From contig OZ024740.1 in NCBI GenBank assembly GCA_964016885.1, positions 267,592,001 through 267,656,000 of the forward strand: 64,000 bases of DNA, written 5' to 3'. Shown here piece after piece: positions 56,416 to 64,000 of the stretch. The translations under genes were made by a program, and so were the position numbers. The notes beneath the pieces are model-generated. The model did no database searches. It was not told the DNA's origin and saw only the letters and a list, made by a program, of their open reading frames with translations. Source of the DNA: Eledone cirrhosa (taxonomy: Eukaryota). Within the stretch, counting starts at the first letter, position 1. Each line of letters begins with the position of its first letter.

Positions 56416-57278
56416 GTAAAAGCAACAGATAGATGGATAATGATGGTGAAGTGTCAGAATAGCTGTATCATTAAAAGAAATGCCTGAATAAAATACTATC
56501 CTGGACACAGTTGAGTCACTTTTGATCATATATCTGTTAGATCAAATTATTGACAAGGCTGTGTGTGCTAAGAAGTTTAATTTACAATCATTCCCGTCTG
56601 AGTTGGATGCTATTGTTCTAATATAGTCTTGCATTGACCAACACTTGTGAGTGTGTGTGTGAGTGAATGTGTATATCTTTCGTCAATCATTGGGAGGAGA
56701 AAGAGAAAAAGAAAGGTTGAATAATGTGATAAAGATGAGAAAATGAAGAATAAGAAGAAAAAGAATAAGAAGAAAAAGAAAAAAAAGAAAAAAAAAGAAC
56801 AAAAAGAATTAAAAAAAGCGAAAGAATAAAAGAAAAATGCAAAAAAAAAAGAAGAAGCAAAAGCAGAGCATCAACATCATCATCATCATTATCATAATCA
56901 GCGTCAGTAGTAGCACAGCAATGACTATGGTAAATGTGAAAGAATGACTAAAGACAAAATAGCTAAATGAAAAAAAATACTAATAAACAGACAGAAAGAG
57001 AGGTAGAAATTAATGCAGTAGAAGGTGAGGGTGAGATTATAATCCCTTCCCCAACACCATAAAAAACAGAAGAGGGGAGTGGTGGGAATAGAGCTTCCTA
57101 ACTATCTTTACTCAGGTTACAAGCACTGATGGAATGTTTTCACATATTCTCACATATTTCTCACCTAGCGCTAACATAAAAATAAAAAAAAATCAACCTG
57201 ACCATCTTAAAAAAGTTATATGCATAGTGTGTGTGTATCAATACTGGACAGAGGAAAAATATCTCAGGTGGGGTGTAC

Positions 57279-57320
<42 letters not shown>

Positions 57321-57328
<8 letters not shown>

Positions 57329-57434
57329 GGCTTCTACAGGACTAGAACTATTTCATTCGAAGGAAATCATTAGGCTTTCCTGATAATTTCCTTCAAATGA
57401 CACAGTTCTAGTTTTGTAGAAGCCATTTCTATAT
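57321..57434. mobile_element. (TA)n-adjacent fold-back element with a hammerhead motif in each arm; its tail is interrupted by the Helitron and resumes at 57938-58000
   Basis: Imperfect ~55-bp arms; plus strand 57374-57423 reads gctttc-CTGATAA-tttccttcaaat-GACAC-agttctagtttt-GTA-gaagc; homologous to 10721-10787. Confidence 0.7.
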
Positions 57435-57440
57435 TAAATA

Positions 57441-57937
57441 CTAGCAGTGGTACCCGGCGTTGCACAGGGTAAGGTATTTTGGAACATGGGCCGCCAAACA
57501 GACCTAATCGTGGAAAAACTGCATGCCTGGACAATATGTAAAGAAAATAAACCGAATACTCTGATGGATGGATAATCTTTAAGATTTTCCTCGATGAAGC
57601 AGGAAAAATGCAGGTTTTCACCTAATGCGAGCCCTAGGCCATAAAAAAGTTGGTTTTTCTTTCCTCATGGTATGACTAATACATAGTTACAATTTCAAGG
57701 AAACGGTCTGATGTAACGCCTCAAAAAACCCCTAAAAAGCTGAAAAAACCGCAGTTTTTCACCTAATGCGAGCTGTAGGGGATCAAAAAGTTAAATTTGT
57801 TATGTGCATAACATTCACTGAAACATAAATAATACACATGTAAAGTTTGAAAAAAATCGGTTGGGTACTTCTCGAGTTTTAGGGATTCAAACTCACAGAC
57901 ATACACACACAGACATCCTCAGTTTTATATATAGAGA
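57441..57937 (-). mobile_element. Non-autonomous Helitron
   Basis: Minus strand begins TC(tctatatataaaac), ends with a GC-rich hairpin-like ccctgtgcaacgccggg and CTAG; inserted between A and T; internal repeat ttttcacctaatgcgagc twice. Confidence 0.85.
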
Positions 57938-58024
57938 TTTATACTCTGCTATGTATTGAGTATCTTACTTGGTGTGGTTACCCCCGATTGAACCCGGGAT
58001 ACACATACATACATACATACATAA

Positions 58025-58182
58025 TAGAGAATCAAGGCCCGACAGCTGAACTCTTGCCATTTTGAAATGGCAAGCACTCAGCCATTGGGCCCTAATTCTC
58101 TACTAAATGTAAAATCTACTATCTTAAGTATCGGATACTCTGCTGAATTATGCTCTTACTAGTTTAACCTGATATAATCCTG
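58025..58182 (+). mobile_element. Fold-back element (palindrome 58025-58102 plus tail), same family as 10990-11182
   Basis: Shares cccgac(a/g)gctga(a/g)ctc and the tail tctacta.c.taagtat....tact; flanked by (TACA)n and (TA)n. Confidence 0.7.
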
Positions 58183-58265
58183 ATATATATATAGATTAAT
58201 AAATTACGTGAATACACCAAATTCCGTAATTGAAGGATCAATATATATTATGTAACCTCTCTCCA

Positions 58266-58296
<31 letters not shown>

Positions 58297-59358
58297 TAGT
58301 TTATTCTTCTGCTTGTTTCTGTAATCAGCCTGCAACCATGCCGATGCACCATTTAGAGTTGACCATTGTGACCTGGTACTAATTTCTTAAAGTCTGGTAC
58401 TTATTTTATCGATCTTTTTTGTAGAACCTCTAAGTTATAGGGCATATACAAAAACACACACATGGATGCATTCATGCAAACACACATGCACACACACACG
58501 TGTTTATGTCTGTATTTACATTTATGTCTGTTTATGTCCCATAACTTAGTAGTTTGTCAAAATAAAATCAACAAAATATGTACCAGATTTGAAAAAAACT
58601 AAAATGTGCTGGTATTAATATTATTAAATAATTCAAGGCTCTAAGATGGTGGCAATCTACCGACTGAAACAAGTAAAAAATTAAAAGAATATTATATGTA
58701 GGCATGTCCGTTTTCTTTATATTTATATATGGAAGAGGGAAGGCCTGATGTATCAATATGCATATGCCTGTGTTTATGTGAGGTTGATAGGGAGAGAGAG
58801 AGAAAATAAGTGATAGAATAGAGGAGAGATGAAGGGAAGATATAAACACACATACACTCAGGTCAACATCCCAATATAGATTTTTATTATATAAGATTAT
58901 TAAAATGAAAAGTATATAGATATTCAAAACCGACTGCTCTATAAAAATATACTGAAATGCATACACACACGCAAACTTTAATATTAAAATTAATATAGAT
59001 CAACATTCCAAATGTGACCAGATTTTTTTTTTACCTATGTATATGGGGACTAGTACCTCATTATTGAATGTGTCAATTTCCAAGAAAGTGAACTGTAATT
59101 TCAGGGAAATGTGACTGCTCTTTCTAACTGAATAAGTTGACATGTAGAGGTTCTCTCATTGGCTTATGAGTGTTACATAAAGTTATTAACATATTTGTTA
59201 TATAAATGAGAAGGATATCCAGCGCGGTAGAAACCAAGCCAAAATACAGATCTGAATGAGCAAGATGTAGTCTCTGGATCTGACTTGTCAACCCACCTAT
59301 GCACGTGGGAAAAATGGACATTAAATGATGATGATATATAAATATATATATATATATA

Positions 59359-59547
59359 CCATATATACTCGAATATAAGCTGAGGAATATGTGACCAAAA
59401 GATTGATGATAAAATAAAGGATCAGCTTATATTCAGGGTTAATATTTATGTGGTGTTTAGTTGCCTTGGCTTATAAAAAGGATTTGGATTTTTGCCCATT
59501 TCTCAGACATAAGACAGGAGGAGCTGCTTATATTTGAGTACATATGG
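59359..59547. mobile_element. Tc2/pogo-like MITE
   Basis: TA|CCATATATACTCGAATATAAGC ... GCTTATATTTGAGTACATATGG|TA. Confidence 0.8.
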
Positions 59548-61150
59548 TATGTATGTGTATGTGTGTGTAAAACCAAAATCCCCTCCCCACTACATACACG
59601 TGAACCTACACACATACACAAGCACAGCTACATGCTTGAACACACAAAAATACATAGACCTTCATTCCAATATATATATAGATGTGTGATACTAAAGGTT
59701 ATTAAAATATTACCTATAAATGTCTAACTAAACACACACATTCACCACTATTTACACTCACACACACATACATATATACATATATATATATATACACACA
59801 CACATATGTATATCTATCTATTGACACTTCAGTTGTACCATAAACAGAGCAATCTCTCTAGTGTTGGTGATCTACACAATAAATGCACCCAGTACATTAT
59901 GTATAGTGGTTGAGGATAAGAAAGGTAGCCAACTGTAGAAAAACTATCAAGGGAATGGTGTGGAGGACTCTGCTGGTAAAATACATTTGATAGAGCACGG
60001 GATCATATGTTGAGCCCCTGGTCCATCAGACCATTGGATAGAGTACAGGAAAATGTCACTATGCAACACAAACAGCACAGGCCAATGGGAGTGCCTCCAG
60101 GTGGTTGTTTGACTTGCTAGAAATAATAATAAATTTCTCTAAAATAACATGCTATCATGTTAAAAACGAAAAGAAAAATAGATACATTGAACAAATGTAA
60201 TACTGGGTAGATTTGCTGTTTGAATATAGAAATTATCTATATTTCTAACTATTTATATCTCTATCTACTTTACAAACTGTATACAGATGGATCGACGAAT
60301 CAAAATTCAATACTTTTGATATGTAGGCACATTGGCCATTTGATATTTCTCCAAACTGTCAATGACTGCTGCTTTTATAGTTGAGCTAGCAAGATGCTAC
60401 AAAAATAAAATGCAAATGCACAGAAAATACAGAAAGCAACTGTGCACAATTAAGAAGTGCACTGATAGAACCAGTCTAAGAAATTCCACAAGGATTTAAT
60501 TTTCAATATATATATATATATATATATATTGCTGGTGATCAACACAATAAAAGCATCAAGTACTTGATGTAAAGGGGTTGGTGTTAGGAAGGGCATCCGG
60601 CTGTAGAAAGCTTGCCAAACAAGGAGTTAGGAAAACCCTTCAGTTGTGTCAAGGACATGACAGCCTCTCTAGTGTTGGTGATCTACACAATAAAAGCTTC
60701 CTGTACCCGCTGTAAAGTGGTTGGTGTTAGGAAGGGTATCCAGTTGTATAAAGTTTGCCAAACAAGAGGTTAGGAGGACGCTTCAGTTTGTGACAAATGA
60801 CATGACAATGCCTCCTCTGCACTTAATAAGACAGTACGTAAGCGGGATACAGACCCATCAGCCTGTCTGGAGGGTCAGTAGCTTTGCTTCTATACTAACT
60901 CGGTCTATATTAGACCCTTTCAACCCTTTCTAGCAGGTAAAGTGAATGTTAAATGATGATGATATTTTCCATTTCTTCTGTTACTGAAGTCAATGGAGAG
61001 CAGCCCTGTTATGTCATCAGTTTAGTTAATCATATCAACCTCCAGTATATAATTTTAACAATCTCTATTTGCTGAACCACAACGATTATGGCATAAACAA
61101 ACAATACTAGGTTTTAAGAAGTGTGTGTATGTATGTATATATATATATAT

Positions 61151-61406
61151 ATTCTCAGAAAAATGGGAAAACTCGGCATATGGAAGCTGTTAGAACAGCA
61201 AAATACCATCGAAGTCACATTGGGTATAATATTACCTTGAAGGACAGATCAGCCGCTGATCTCTGTCCTTCGAGGTAATATTCTACCCTATGCCACTTCA
61301 ATGGTATTTTGCTGTTCTAACAGCTTCCATACGCCGAGTTTTCCCATTTCCCTGAGAATCCTAATACACTCGCATCTCAAAACTCTATTTTTTAGTTAAT
61401 TTGTTT
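61151..61406 (+). mobile_element. (TA)n-embedded fold-back element: palindrome 61151-61359 plus ~45-nt tail
   Basis: ~100-bp arms centred on gatcagc-c-gctgatc; (TA)n upstream and tatatat downstream. Confidence 0.8.
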
Positions 61407-61418
61407 ATATATATTGAT

Positions 61419-61809
61419 GGAGGCACATGGCTTAGTGGTTAGAGCATTGGCCTTGCAATCGAAAGGTTGTGAGTTCAATTCTCAGACCAGGTAATGTGTT
61501 GTTTCCTTGAGCAAGACACTTTATTTCACATTGCTCCAGTTTACTCAGCTGTAGAAATGAGATGATAGGGACTGGGGTCCCTATCATTCCACTGCAAAGT
61601 GGTCGTGGAGGTGCCACAGCAAAAAAGCACCCGGTCCACACTGTAAAGTGGACGTGTAGGCGCCACGGAAAAAAAGCACCCAGCACTCACTGTAAATGAG
61701 GTTGGTGTTAGGAAGGGCATCCAGCTGTAGAAATCAAGCCAGAATCAGTTCCCGTCCCACCCTTGCAAGCAGGGGAAAGTGGACGTAAAATGATGATGAT
61801 GATGATGAT
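61419..61809 (+). mobile_element. Composite SINE family B, full length
   Basis: tRNA head, core, atgataggg..ccctatcat hairpin, tandem units, RTE tail. Confidence 0.9.
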
Positions 61810-62109
61810 AGGTGTTAATGGTAAGAAACTCTTAGGAGAGCTGGGAAGCAGAAGGTCTTCAGAGAAGAAGTCTCTCTCAAGCAAGTGTTTCAGCCCTTAA
61901 CTATATACGTATACACATTATACTCACACACACACACACACACACACTGACCTTCTGCACAGTTTCCATCTACCAAATTTCCATCACAAGGTACTGACTA
62001 ATCCTAGCTATAATAGAAGACATTTGCTTAAGGTGCCACACTGTGGGACAAACCCAAACCTGTGCAGCCAAGTCAACACACAGACACTCACACACACAGG
62101 CACGCACAG

Positions 62110-62144
<35 letters not shown>

Positions 62145-62559
62145 CATACACATACATACAGAAACAACTCTCTTCCACAAACCCATACCCCCACCACCCC
62201 ACAAATATCCTGTACACACCTGCACCCTACCTTCCACTGAAACAAAAAATAAGTAAATAAATAAAACAATAAAAAAATATATTAAATAAACTACATGGCA
62301 TTAGGCAATGTTCTAATGAAGTTTCCCTACCTAAAATACCTTTGCTCCCCCCACCCCCCACCCCAAGTCTTCACAGCTCATCCTAGAATCAGCAAAAATA
62401 GCTCTAATCTAAAAATGGCAAGATGCTCAAGGCCCAGGTATGACTGTGATAATCCTCATAGCAGCATAAGAAGAATCACTTAGTTGGGTTTTTACAGAAA
62501 CGAATGAACAAAACTTCTGTCGCATATAGGGTGGTGAACGCGAGAGGATGGGTGGGTAT

Positions 62560-62764
62560 ATGTAGATGTCAGAGAGAATGTCTGTGTGTGTGTCAGAGAG
62601 AATGTGTGCGTATTGGAGAGGGACTGTGAGAGTGTGTCTGTGTGTGTGTGTGTGTCAAAGAGAATGTGTGTGTGTTGGAGAAGGGAGTGTGAGAGTGTGT
62701 CTGTGTGTGTGTTGGAGAAGGGAGTGTGAGAGTGTGTATGTGTGTGTCAGAGAGGAGAGAGAGA

Positions 62765-62842
<78 letters not shown>

Positions 62843-63360
62843 AAGTGTGTAAGAGAGGGAGAAAGTGTGAAAGAGAGAGAGAGAGAAAGTGTGTAAGAGT
62901 GAGAATATGAGTGTGTATTGGAGAGGGAGTGTGAAAGAGAGAGAGAGAGAGAGGGGGAGGGAGTGTGTGTGTTGTGATAAAGAGAGAAAAAGTGTGAGTA
63001 AGTGAGTGAGAAAATGATAGAGATAGGGAGTCTGTCAGAGAGTGTGTGTGAGAGAGAGAAAAACTTGGTATAAAGATAGAGAAAACGTTTGTGTATGTGT
63101 GTGTGTATGTTTGTATGTGTGTGTGTGTTTGTATGTGTGTGTATGTGTGTGTGTGTTTGTATGTGTGTGTATGTGTGTGTGTGTGTTTGTATGTGTGTGT
63201 ATGTTTGTATGTGTGTGTGTGTGTGTTTGTATGTGTGTGTATGTTTGTATGTGTGTGTATGTTTGTATGTGTGTGTGTCAATATATCAATGTTTAAGAAT
63301 GAAGGAATGTGTGATTCCATATGTGTGTGTGTGTGTATGTATGCAAGTATGTGAGTGTAT

Positions 63361-63398
<38 letters not shown>

Positions 63399-63400
63399 TG
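62560..63400. repeat. (GT)n/(GA)n compound microsatellite
   Basis: Direct inspection. Confidence 0.92.
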
Positions 63401-64000
63401 GACTGAGATTAAATATGAGCACTAACAGTGATGGGAAGCAGTATGCTGGGTGGGCAGCTAAGGTAGAGAGCAGAAATAAAGGTAGACACACAGAAAATGT
63501 GTATTAGCACATATCTGAGTGTGTTTGTGAAATCTTCTGAGTGTCTGTCTGTGTGTATACGTGTGTATGTGTGTGTGTGTGTGTACGTGTGTGTGTTTAT
63601 GAGTATCAGTATCTTGTTACATACGAAAAATATATAGGAGAAAGAAAGAGGGTATGTATATATGTGAATGTGTGCATGAGAATGCTAGAAAGGGGGAGGG
63701 AGAGGGAGAGAAAGAGAGGGAGGGGAGTGTAGAGGTGATGAGTTTATTAATATAGAATGAAACATGTTCACTTCTGTGAGTGTTTATGTGTGTGTGAAAA
63801 GTGATATAATTACCTGGGTATGTGTATCAGTGTGGAAGTTATATATATATATATATACATACACACATATATATAAAAACATACATACACACACACACAC
63901 ATATACACATACATACACACACATATACACATACATACACACACATATAAAGATCTATAATGAAAATATTTTCAATGCTGAGGAACAGCTGGATTTAATA

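Overview
AT-rich, repeat-saturated eukaryotic DNA that is intronic or intergenic. The repeat repertoire suggests a coleoid cephalopod/octopus (inference): huge (TA)n/(CA)n tracts, Deu/Nin-like and CORE/V-like tRNA-SINEs with RTE tails, and RTE/RTE-X/Tx1/CRE/R4 LINE debris. I found no credible host coding exon. All long ORFs are microsatellite read-throughs or decayed LINE fragments. The window holds dozens of SINEs, short LINE remnants, piggyBac-, Tc/mariner- and hAT-type MITEs, a non-autonomous Helitron and several minisatellites. The most notable signal is a set of long fold-back palindromes (arms about 40-145 bp) embedded in (TA)n microsatellites. Several have the layout (TA)n - palindrome - short unique tail - (TA)n and contain complete or half type I hammerhead ribozyme motifs. 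The fold-back point lies in or beside the ribozyme, which suggests a microsatellite-targeting, hammerhead-carrying, Penelope/retrozyme-like non-autonomous element that inserts as a hairpin. Coordinates of decayed repeats are approximate.
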